Shown: positions 14,126-21,647 of the stretch, piece by piece
How positions within the stretch are numbered: position 1 is the first letter of the stretch
Layout: every line of letters starts with the position of its first letter
IMG/VR virus record: IMGVR_UViG_3300009776_000631
DNA length: 23,789 bases
Strand: one strand, 5' to 3'
Origin: a virus
The notes under the pieces: generated by a model
What the model was told of the DNA's origin: nothing
What the model saw: only the letters and a program-made list of their open reading frames with translations
Databases searched by the model: none
Program-made: the position numbers and the translations under genes

Positions 14126-14913
14126 CACAACCACCCCGCAGTATCAGTCAGCGTATCATCGGATTCTATTCGGGGGGCGAGCGCATATGCAACAGTCAGC
14201 CCCGGCGCCATCGCTGCCGTTATCCGGATCGGATGGTCGGTGCCCATCTCGACCGATAACTGGTGCCCGGCAAGCACCCGAGAAAGGTCTTTCAGGTAGT
14301 CGAGGCTGAACAGGGATGCCGCGATTGCGGAACCACCACAGATCGCGATCGGGATCTTGCACTGGGTCCGGGTGTCGCCCATCGCCGCCATGGTGACGAC
14401 CCCGGTCTTGAGGACCTCAATCCGGCACTTATCAGAAAAGACGCCGCAGATCCGGACGGCCCGGGCGAAGTCATCACCGCTGCAAGAGAATACCGCGGGG
14501 AGATCGGCTTTGAACCCGACCGTATCTTTCCTTATGGTCGTTTCGTCAAGCGTCTCGATACGGTACCGGTCCTTCCCGATTCCGTCGATATCAAGATAGG
14601 GGCGGACCGGATCCCTCCCGGCGCTCCATGAGAGGGTCACGGTGCCTTCCGGTGCCGGCTCTCCTTCCGTGATGCACCGGAGCGCCGAATCGAGCTGCGC
14701 GATGTCCAGGCCGAGGACTGCGCTGCCCGGGTAACCCTGGACCGCCATCCTGATATCGATCAGGCCAACATTCGCAGAATCAACGGTGAAGACCCGGGCC
14801 TCCCCATCTTTGATGTGGACGCGGCACTCACAGACCAGCGCTGCGAGGGCCCGGGTAAATTTTAGCAGCATCGGGTAGCCGATGGTGAATGAGCCGGGGT
14901 TGAAGGCGGGCAT
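14125..14913 (-). CDS. pcn: Divergent PCNA sliding clamp (paralog 2)
   Basis: 262 aa; ECRV, TVDSANVGLI, GLDIAQL, LDETTIRKD, SLFSLDYLKD, TDHPI, LAPRIE. Confidence 0.9.
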   Translation of the reverse strand: MPAFNPGSFTIGYPMLLKFTRALAALVCECRVHIKDGEARVFTVDSANVGLIDIRMAVQGYPGSAVLGLDIAQLDSALRCITEGEPAPEGTVTLSWSAGRDPVRPYLDIDGIGKDRYRIETLDETTIRKDTVGFKADLPAVFSCSGDDFARAVRICGVFSDKCRIEVLKTGVVTMAAMGDTRTQCKIPIAICGGSAIAASLFSLDYLKDLSRVLAGHQLSVEMGTDHPIRITAAMAPGLTVAYALAPRIESDDTLTDTAGWL

Positions 14914-14914
14914 C

Positions 14915-15316
14915 TCACAGCACCTCCTTCAGTGCCATGCGGATGGCCGCGTTCTGGCGCTCCAGCCCTTTGCAAGTCTCCCTCAAGAATAGGTTACCGA
15001 TCTCCAGTTTGCGGTGCTCCTTTGCCGTGTTCTGGATGGCCTCGGAGAGAAATTCACGATATTTTCCCTCGACCTCTTTTTCCTTTTCCAGTCGGGCTTT
15101 GAGTTCGAGGACCTCGCCGCCGAGCTGCTTGCATATCTCCCGCAGCTTGTCGCTCTCTCCTGCCTGCTGCTCAAGGGTTGCGATCTTCTCGGTCAGGGAG
15201 GCGATCTCAGCTCCGAACTGATTCCGTTCTTCCAGCACCCGGTCGAGCTCTCCCTGCGAGACTTCCAGATTCTTTCGGAGCTCGACCTCGAATCGGTTAG
15301 GCTTATGCGGGGGCAT
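14915..15316 (-). CDS. Coiled-coil protein
   Basis: MPPHKPNRFEVELRKNLE... heptad-rich; start at the TGATG overlap. Confidence 0.75.
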   Translation of the reverse strand: MPPHKPNRFEVELRKNLEVSQGELDRVLEERNQFGAEIASLTEKIATLEQQAGESDKLREICKQLGGEVLELKARLEKEKEVEGKYREFLSEAIQNTAKEHRKLEIGNLFLRETCKGLERQNAAIRMALKEVL

Positions 15317-16113
15317 CACGCACCCCCGAAAGTCCGCTGGATATACTTCTCGACGATCTCCCTGGTGACTGCCGACTGCGTGCCGAGTGCCCGGAGGCTG
15401 TCGATCAGGCAGGCGCGGGCGGTCAGGAAGTCGGTCGCCGTGGCCTCGATCCTGAGGTTCTCGTAGTTGTTGAGGTTGACCGTGGCGGAGAGGGTGATCT
15501 CCTTGACGGTACCGGTTGCCGCAGGGGACGTGCAAGGCTCTTGCGGTGCCGGCTGTTCTTCTTTCTTGAGTTCCGCCGCAGTCTTCAGGACCGGCGCCGG
15601 ATCCTGTTTCTGCGTCTCGATCCTCTCAATGCCGGCTGCTGCCAATCCGTCTCCCCGGCGGTCATCCAGCAGGCCGAGCCGGACCATATCACCGGGCTTA
15701 ATCGGGCAGTCCGGGGCATTCAGGTACTTCAGGAGCAGGTCAGAACCGCAGCTATAGGTATTCTTGGAGCCATCAACCTTCAGGACGACATTCTTACCGG
15801 GGGTCCCGACGAACTCCCCTGTCACATACTTCGCGTTCTCCGGCTCCTTTGCAGGGGCCGGGGGCTGGCCGGGAACCTGGCTCTTTGCCCTTGCCTCATC
15901 TGCCTCGGCCTGCGCGATCTCTGCCTTTGAAGGGGCGACCATGCTCCTGGCAGTACCCTTCTCGACTGTTACCTTCGCGAATGATCCGGGAGGGAAGTTC
16001 TTCTGTGCCGGTACCCGGTCCTCCGGGGGAACGAAGATGATCTTCCCGCCGACAATGACGTTTGAGGGGTCGTACTCGCTGACCCGGCCTACGATCGTTG
16101 CCATGGCGGTCAA
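15316..16113 (-). CDS. Hypothetical protein, two beta-rich (possibly OB-fold/ssDNA-binding) modules
   Basis: TIVGRVSEY...GSFAKVTV and YVTGEFVG...KPGDMVRL modules joined by Pro/Ala linkers; C-terminal VNLNNYENLRIE. Function is inference. Confidence 0.6.
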   Translation of the reverse strand: MTAMATIVGRVSEYDPSNVIVGGKIIFVPPEDRVPAQKNFPPGSFAKVTVEKGTARSMVAPSKAEIAQAEADEARAKSQVPGQPPAPAKEPENAKYVTGEFVGTPGKNVVLKVDGSKNTYSCGSDLLLKYLNAPDCPIKPGDMVRLGLLDDRRGDGLAAAGIERIETQKQDPAPVLKTAAELKKEEQPAPQEPCTSPAATGTVKEITLSATVNLNNYENLRIEATATDFLTARACLIDSLRALGTQSAVTREIVEKYIQRTFGGA

Positions 16114-16610
16114 GCCTCCTCTTTCGCGAGGAGGACGTAATCGGTGCGGACCGGGTCAGCTGGCGCATGAATGATCCGGTCGAGGTCCTTCTTTCCCTTG
16201 ATGATCGCCTTCACGTCGGACTGCGCGATGAACGTCCCGGCCTTCTCCAGCTGTGCCTTCATCTTCTCTTCGGCTGCTGCTTTCAGGTTCTCGCGGATCC
16301 GGGTGAGCTGGTCCGGGTAATGCTGCTCGAGGATGGCGATATCAACCGTCTTGTTGCCATAGACCGGTGTCGGGACGATCCGGTAAAAGTCATCCTCCAG
16401 GATGCACGTCTCAACGGCATGTTGCAGCAGTCCCTCGCGGTCCTCCGTGAGCTTCTGCTGCTTCTCCCGTAAGATCGTGATCTGGTTCTCCAGGTCCTCT
16501 ATCTGACCGTCGATGAAATGAATCTGCGTCGGGATGGTTCGGTCCTCCTTAACGACCAGCGTCGGGAGGGGGTCGGTCTTGAGGCTCGCGGCCTCGTCTC
16601 GTGCTTCCAT
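16110..16610 (-). CDS. Hypothetical coiled-coil protein (Gp157/Gam-like position and composition)
   Basis: N-terminal coiled coil IDGQIEDLENQITILREKQQKL; preceded by GAGGGGGTG RBS. Confidence 0.6.
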   Translation of the reverse strand: MEARDEAASLKTDPLPTLVVKEDRTIPTQIHFIDGQIEDLENQITILREKQQKLTEDREGLLQHAVETCILEDDFYRIVPTPVYGNKTVDIAILEQHYPDQLTRIRENLKAAAEEKMKAQLEKAGTFIAQSDVKAIIKGKKDLDRIIHAPADPVRTDYVLLAKEEA

Positions 16611-16613
16611 CGC

Positions 16614-17099
16614 CTACACCCCCTCGGCGAGGACCTGAATCTGGAGGAGCATGTCGTCGATGGTGCCCCGGCCATCGCCCCTCCGGATCCGGACCCGGGC
16701 CTCTTCCGCGATCGCGGCGATCTTCTGCATGGGCGGCTCAACGTATGGCACCTCGACGATGTCCATGCCATGGAACCTGAAGGTCGCGAGCGGCTCGTCC
16801 TGACGGTCCACCGTGGCGGCCGCCTGTGTGATCTTCTGCAGGTCCTCCGCGTCGACCACCTTGCCGGCCTTATAGACAACCTTCGGGTCCTCCACCCATA
16901 TCGGGCCGAACCCGCAGTCACGGCACCAGAATGCCCACCCTTCGCAGGGATCGTGGCTGCCGTACACGAGCTGCCCGCCACATTCCGGGCATACCTTGAT
17001 TTCATCGGACGATTCAGAATAGCTGGCAGTTCCCTTTCCCTCGTTTGAAGGCGCTGGAATCGGGCTGCCATTTTCAGATTTTGCTGTTACCTGATTCAT
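16614..17099 (-). CDS. Zinc-ribbon protein
   Basis: CPECGG...WCRDCG; likely ATG at 17099. Confidence 0.75.
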   Translation of the reverse strand: MNQVTAKSENGSPIPAPSNEGKGTASYSESSDEIKVCPECGGQLVYGSHDPCEGWAFWCRDCGFGPIWVEDPKVVYKAGKVVDAEDLQKITQAAATVDRQDEPLATFRFHGMDIVEVPYVEPPMQKIAAIAEEARVRIRRGDGRGTIDDMLLQIQVLAEGV

Positions 17100-17241
17100 G
17101 TGCCACACTTCCGATCTTTTCGACGATCTTAATCCTGCCGCTCTCCATGACGAGAAGCGCACCGAGCGGGTCCTCCTGCGCGAAGATATCGAAGGCTTCA
17201 CGGCTGACCTGTCTCGGGTACTGGGCTGCTGCAGAGGTCAT
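17074..17241 (-). CDS. 55-aa hypothetical protein (not in ORF track)
   Basis: Manual translation MTSAAAQYPRQVSREAFDIFAQEDPLGALLVMESGRIKIVEKIGSVAHESGNSKI; fills the operon gap. Confidence 0.6.
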   Translation of the reverse strand: MTSAAAQYPRQVSREAFDIFAQEDPLGALLVMESGRIKIVEKIGSVAHESGNSKI

Positions 17242-17247
17242 GCGCGA

Positions 17248-17622
17248 TCAGGCCCCCTCGCAGACCTTGGTTTCTGAGCTGACGATAGTCTTTGTACGAT
17301 CCATCAACCCTTCTCGTGCCGCGAGCGATCGGACGCCCTCATTTACGAAGTCATCATCGTCATATCCCTTCTCGCGGAGCGCGGCCTCCTCATCCCACAG
17401 GCCCGGTTTAAGCTCGCCGGTTATCAGGTGACAGTTGGGGTACAACCCCTCCTGTTTCGCAATGAACTCCACCCCGGCATTAGCAATGGGGACCTTCGAA
17501 AGCTTCTTGCCCTCTGAGATCCACTTCGCCAGAATCTTCCCAAGGAGATCGTCGTGGAATGGGTCCATACGGGCGCCGATGAAATCGGTTGTCCGCTCAT
17601 CCAGTGGTGTCTTGTTTCCCAT
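17248..17622 (-). CDS. First early gene, RHH-like regulator (Cro-like role inferred)
   Basis: FIGARMD-PFHDDLLGKILAKW-SKVPIANAGVEFI strand-helix-helix; first gene after the divergent AT-rich region. Confidence 0.6.
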   Translation of the reverse strand: MGNKTPLDERTTDFIGARMDPFHDDLLGKILAKWISEGKKLSKVPIANAGVEFIAKQEGLYPNCHLITGELKPGLWDEEAALREKGYDDDDFVNEGVRSLAAREGLMDRTKTIVSSETKVCEGA

Positions 17623-17753
17623 TGTTTACCACAATTAAACAATGTGCACAACTTGTTTAAAAAACTTTCTATCAACGTTCACTATTCGTAAACAAATATA
17701 AATTCGGTAATTTTGATATACTCAAGCACTCATTTGTTAACCGGTGTGGCACA
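17622..17753. promoter_or_regulatory. Divergent promoter region with repeated TAAACAA/TTGTTTA operator-like motifs
   Basis: AT-rich; motif at 17622-17628, 17636-17642, 17653-17659, 17689-17695, variant at 17734-17740; TATA-like TTTTAAA (minus, about 17657-17663) and AATATAAA (plus, 17695-17702). Confidence 0.7.
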
Positions 17754-18017
17754 ATGGGGACTGAACCGCTTATCCCTCATGGTTTTAAAATACCGAAATC
17801 GAAAAGTGATAAGATCGTTTCGTATGCAAAAGAGCGAGACGTGAAGATCTCGGTTATCCTGAACGAAGCTGTGACTGAATATATCAACCGCCGGGAGCAT
17901 CCGGAGCGCCAGATTGAGATGATCCAGCATGTCCTCCTCACTCATCCGGAACTTCTTGACGAGCCTCTACGTCGTTACAACGCTTGGAATTTATCAGGGC
18001 GGACCTCGAACCAATAA
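17754..18017 (+). CDS. RHH transcriptional regulator (probable repressor)
   Basis: PHGFKIP-KSKSDKIVSYAKERD-KISVILNEAVTEYI classic RHH/CopG pattern; divergent from the early operon. Confidence 0.8.
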   Translation: MGTEPLIPHGFKIPKSKSDKIVSYAKERDVKISVILNEAVTEYINRREHPERQIEMIQHVLLTHPELLDEPLRRYNAWNLSGRTSNQ

Positions 18018-18026
18018 GATTAATGA

Positions 18027-18052
18027 TTTTTTCATTTTCAAGTGCCTTTTTT
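18027..18052 (+). terminator. Oligo-T archaeal terminator candidate
   Basis: Two T6 runs and a T4 run directly after the repressor stop. Confidence 0.4.
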
Positions 18053-18198
18053 ATCAGCCCATAAAAATTGTCCACAAAGTGGTCACCCGCTCCTGCAGTA
18101 TCCATACAAACGCATGGCAGATATTAAGGACAGAGCATAGCGGGGGATGAAAGTGATAACCTAAAGGTTGTATGAATGTTAACCAGATCGAATAAACT

Positions 18199-19290
18199 CT
18201 ATTTAGGCTTTCCTACCTTCTCCCGGATCACGTCGTCCCGGACAGTCTTCAGCGTCTCGATATCCCGCAGGGCCTCAAGGGAGAGCGGCCTGCTGCAGCG
18301 CGAACAGAACCCGGACCCTGCAGCATTCTGGAACCCGCACCGCGGGCACTTGACCGGCTTCAGTGGGTCGGCCGGCTGATCTTCCGGGTTCAGGTCCACC
18401 CCCTCGATCTGCAGGATCTTGTTGTCGATATCCCGGCCGGACAGGTGCACGTAGACTGCTGCCATGCCGGACCGCTCGCTCCACCCGGCATACTTCCGGA
18501 GCTCCGATTCAGTGAGTTGCTTGCCTCGCTGGGTCAGTCTGCCGTGCCGGAAGGCATGGGGGTTCGTCTTCTTCTGCACCCCCGCAAGGTCCCGCAGGCG
18601 CTTGAAGAGGTTCTGGACGGTACGTTCATCTAGGCGTGAGTAGGTTGTGGTCCCCCGTTTCCGCGAGGTGACGAAAAGGGGAACGTCGGCGTCATGCTTC
18701 AGCGGATGGAACTTATCGATCCAAGTCTGGAGATCCGGGGCGGCGCTCACGATCCGGATCTGCCGCTGGCCGGTCTTGCCGGTGACGGTCAGGACCGCAC
18801 CGTACTGGTCAAACTTGACATGCCCGACATTACAGCCCAGGAGCTCGTTCAGCCGGGCGGCGCTGTCCCAGTACGTGGCAACGATCGCACGGTCCCGCTG
18901 GGTCTCGCAGACATCCAGGAGCTTTGCCACGTTCCCGGCCTGCAGGACCTTCTCGGGCGGGATCTCGTGCCGGGGCCTCGCTGGCTTGAAGGCGACGATC
19001 TTCTTCTCCGGCAGGAGCCAGCGATAGAAAAGTTCCAGCTCCTGGACATCATGGAACGCGGTGACCGGGGATTTTGTCTTCTTCCGGTGCAGGAAATAGT
19101 CCTCGATATCGTGCGGCTGCACGGCCTTCGCGTCCTGGAATTTATACCAGATCAGGAACGTATAGATTTTCCAGAGCTTGTTCTGGATTGTCAGTGCGCT
19201 CAGGTTCCGGAGCTCCAGCGATCGCAGGTAGCCCGATAAATATTCACGATTTTTATAATCAAGGTTTTTGAATTTGTGCCACACTTCCAT
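18199..19290 (-). CDS. Tyrosine integrase with C-terminal zinc ribbon
   Basis: Catalytic DSAARLNE (R), GKTGQR (K), HAFRH (HxxR), AGWS (W), AVYVH (Y); CPRC...CSRC tail; likely ATG 19290 with a TATA-like box at about 19313-19319. Confidence 0.95.
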   Translation of the reverse strand: MEVWHKFKNLDYKNREYLSGYLRSLELRNLSALTIQNKLWKIYTFLIWYKFQDAKAVQPHDIEDYFLHRKKTKSPVTAFHDVQELELFYRWLLPEKKIVAFKPARPRHEIPPEKVLQAGNVAKLLDVCETQRDRAIVATYWDSAARLNELLGCNVGHVKFDQYGAVLTVTGKTGQRQIRIVSAAPDLQTWIDKFHPLKHDADVPLFVTSRKRGTTTYSRLDERTVQNLFKRLRDLAGVQKKTNPHAFRHGRLTQRGKQLTESELRKYAGWSERSGMAAVYVHLSGRDIDNKILQIEGVDLNPEDQPADPLKPVKCPRCGFQNAAGSGFCSRCSRPLSLEALRDIETLKTVRDDVIREKVGKPK

Positions 19291-19336
19291 GATCTTTTGT
19301 TGGTGCAGGCCGTATATTACGCCATTGTCCTGTACA

Positions 19337-19349
19337 AGGTTGAGGGCCT
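19337..19349 (+). repeat. att-core-like 13-bp direct repeat of the tRNA anticodon stem-loop (AGGTTGAGGGCCT)
   Basis: Identical to 19424-19436 inside tRNA-Leu; AAGG-TTGAGGG-CCTT is a 7-bp spacer flanked by inverted repeats. Confidence 0.8.
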
Positions 19350-19392
19350 TCGACGAATGACTGGCACAATATCGTGGCGCAAGTGCAGATGG

Positions 19393-19477
19393 GCGAGGGT
19401 TGCCAAGACAGGTCAAAGGCGTCAGGTTGAGGGCCTGATCTCGTAGGAGTTCGAGGGTTCAAATCCCTTCCCTCGCA
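19393..19477 (+). tRNA. trnL: tRNA-Leu (anticodon GAG), complete, no encoded CCA
   Basis: Acceptor GCGAGGG/CCCTCGC plus discriminator A; D-arm GCCAAGACAGGTCAAAGGC; anticodon arm TCAGG-TTGAGGG-CCTGA; long variable arm; T-arm GAGGG-TTCAAAT-CCCTT. Confidence 0.95.
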
Positions 19478-19556
19478 TACTCATTTTTGATAATCTATAT
19501 CTCCATTTCTGGGTAAGGTTTATATTCCGAGAGGTTTTAGGTTAACCTAACAAATC

Positions 19557-19697
19557 ATGACCCGCTTCCATATCCGGGCCCGCGTCCGGAAAGCCCGGAA
19601 GGAGATTGACGAGAAAGCGCAGGCCGTCCTCTCCCATTACCCCGTGGCGGATCCCGGGGACCGGCGCCGGGCCGGTATGTGCATGTGCGTGCGGTAG
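19557..19697 (+). CDS. 46-aa basic peptide (not in ORF track)
   Basis: MTRFHIRARVRKARKEIDEKAQAVLSHYPVADPGDRRRAGMCMCVR; TTTATAT box at 19519-19525 upstream. Confidence 0.5.
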   Translation: MTRFHIRARVRKARKEIDEKAQAVLSHYPVADPGDRRRAGMCMCVR

Positions 19698-19711
19698 GGC
19701 TGCCGGCTCTC

Positions 19712-20014
19712 TTATTTTAACTCCATTCTCTCATCGATGGAGATCAGCGAGTCGTTGATCTTAAAGACCACCACGACGAACTCACAGAGCAGCCTCCAAA
19801 GAAGGTTGCCAAGGAATATTACCCCCAGACCCGCGATATATGCCTCCTGAGCAGTTTTGTATGACCAGGGAGAGGTCCGTCCCCAAACACAAATAGAGAT
19901 GCCGGCAAGTAGCAGGACGACGACCCCGAGGATGTAGACGATGCAGATCGTATATCTCGTTATGAATTCATCGAAGGTGAAGAAGTCCTCAATGGATTTC
20001 ATTATCGGTTTCAT
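19712..20014 (-). CDS. DUF4282-like two-TM membrane protein
   Basis: FFTFDEFITRYTICIVYILG...LLWRLLCEFVVVVFKINDSL matches the DUF4282 pattern as I recall it; ATGA overlap. Confidence 0.8.
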   Translation of the reverse strand: MKPIMKSIEDFFTFDEFITRYTICIVYILGVVVLLLAGISICVWGRTSPWSYKTAQEAYIAGLGVIFLGNLLWRLLCEFVVVVFKINDSLISIDERMELK

Positions 20015-20535
20015 GCGTTCGTAATCACCGCCTGCCATCCATAACAGCCACTGGAGACGATCTTATACTGCCCCGGGGTGATGATGTTAAATGTCACTTT
20101 ATTGGAATTCTTCCGGGTGGTTGCCAGGCCGCTCAATAACGTGAAGTCGATTGACTTCCCGGTGAGGGTAACCCGATAAGGGGCGGCGGAGCACCCGGTC
20201 ACGGACGGCGTGAGCGAGTTCCCGTATGCCGCATCTATTATGATCTTCCCTGGAGCAACGACCGTAAAGGATCCCGATGACGGGCCGGTTCCTTTTAGTG
20301 TCACGGTCTCCGCCAGCGGCTTGCTCGGCGCTGCGGTTGGTGCGGTTGCCGTCGGTGCCGGGGCTGTCGTCCGGGCGGTCGTGAGGACCGACGTCGTAGC
20401 CGGCACGGTGGTCCCGGGCGTCGCTGCTGTGAAGGAGGTTTGAGGAGGAGTTGCTGCAGGGAGCTGCGAGGCGGCAATGCAGCCGGCAGCGGCTACGATC
20501 AGGATTACGGCGCAAAAAAGAAGTCCCTTGTGCAT
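20011..20535 (-). CDS. Secreted lipoprotein with Pro/Thr linker
   Basis: MHKGLLFCAVILIVAAAGC lipobox-like signal; Thr/Ala/Pro-rich linker; small beta-sandwich C-terminus. Confidence 0.8.
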   Translation of the reverse strand: MHKGLLFCAVILIVAAAGCIAASQLPAATPPQTSFTAATPGTTVPATTSVLTTARTTAPAPTATAPTAAPSKPLAETVTLKGTGPSSGSFTVVAPGKIIIDAAYGNSLTPSVTGCSAAPYRVTLTGKSIDFTLLSGLATTRKNSNKVTFNIITPGQYKIVSSGCYGWQAVITNA

Positions 20536-20573
20536 AATCTCTTTTAAACTATCGCGGGAAATAAAGATATTCC

Positions 20574-21647
20574 TTAGCCGGTCGGTCCGTCGAACACCAA
20601 TGGCCACGTCGCCCCATCTGTAGTATTGAAGACATCATAGAGAAGCGAGCCGCCGGTGTTGATGCCGGAGATCACCCAGAGCTTGCTGTCGTAAACGAAT
20701 GATGAGTGCCCCCATCTCGCGGAGAACGCGGCGGAAGCGGTCGCCTGCGTCCATACCCCGCTGTCCAGATAGTAGACGTCATTATACGTCGCGCCTGCAG
20801 CGCCCCGGCCCCCGATCACCCAAAGTTTGCTGTCGTAGACTGTCGCGGTGTGCATCATCCTTGCGGAGAACAGGGCGGATGCTGTGATCTCCGTCCACGT
20901 CTGCCCGGTATCAGAGTACCACACGTCGTTATAGAAATTCGTGGCGTTATCCGTTCCGCCGATGATCCATATCCCCCCGGCATGGGAGGTCATGGTATGC
21001 CGCTGCCGGGTCGCATACGCCGCGTTCGTGGTCTCGGTATCCCACGTTATGCCGTCGGCTGAACTGTAGACCCTCTTATCGACGGAAATATACATCTTCC
21101 CGTTGTGGACACAGCCGGCGCAGCCCCAGCCGGAGAACGGGGCGGAACTGTTGACGAGTTGCCACGTGGTCCCGTTCGCTGACTTGTAGACTGTTGAGGT
21201 CCCACCCCCCGCGAGGACCCAGATGTAACCGCCAAATGAAAGGACGACGTGCCCGAACCGTTCGGAAAATGCGGCGTTCCGCATCTTCATGGTCCATTCC
21301 GTAGCGGTCAGGGTGTTCCAGATATCGTTCGATCCGCTGAAATCATGCCCGCCGATCCGCCAGATTTTGTCGTCATGGACCATGAAGGAGCGGTAGACCC
21401 CGCCCCACGGGGAGAAGTAGGATATGGCATCCGTAGGAATGGCGATCTTTTTGCCTCCCGCTGCCGGGAAGATCGCAACTTTATCCCCCACGGAGATCTG
21501 CGAGAGCTTGACGGCGACCCGCCTGCCGCCGGCTGTGGGGACGATTGCGACCCTGTCCCCGGCAGCCACCGGGGAGAGCGGGATGCTGACCCGCTTGCCG
21601 CCTGCCGCCCGGAAGGTCATCACCTTATCGCCCGGCGAGATTGTCAT
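20574..21647 (-). CDS. Kelch-like beta-propeller protein with triplicated N-terminal motif (candidate receptor-binding protein)
   Basis: About six blades W.....A.FS.R..H......K.WV.GG; three N-terminal repeats GD(K/R)V.....AGG(K/R)(K/R). Confidence 0.85.
   Translation of the reverse strand: MTISPGDKVMTFRAAGGKRVSIPLSPVAAGDRVAIVPTAGGRRVAVKLSQISVGDKVAIFPAAGGKKIAIPTDAISYFSPWGGVYRSFMVHDDKIWRIGGHDFSGSNDIWNTLTATEWTMKMRNAAFSERFGHVVLSFGGYIWVLAGGGTSTVYKSANGTTWQLVNSSAPFSGWGCAGCVHNGKMYISVDKRVYSSADGITWDTETTNAAYATRQRHTMTSHAGGIWIIGGTDNATNFYNDVWYSDTGQTWTEITASALFSARMMHTATVYDSKLWVIGGRGAAGATYNDVYYLDSGVWTQATASAAFSARWGHSSFVYDSKLWVISGINTGGSLLYDVFNTTDGATWPLVFDGPTG

Noticed and set aside
17929-18150. 73-aa plus-strand ORF after the repressor
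   Set aside because: Overlaps the repressor 3' end and runs through oligo-T terminator-like tracts; no supporting motif.
19291-19416. TTG-started N-terminal extension of the integrase crossing the att core (SSV-type split integrase idea)
   Set aside because: It runs antisense through the tRNA 5' end and looks non-protein-like; ATG 19290 has a TATA-like box about 26 nt upstream. Not fully excluded without homolog alignment.
20574-21647. Diversity-generating retroelement target in the Kelch gene
   Set aside because: Internal similarity reflects propeller blades; no adenine-specific template/variable repeat pair or reverse transcriptase in the window.
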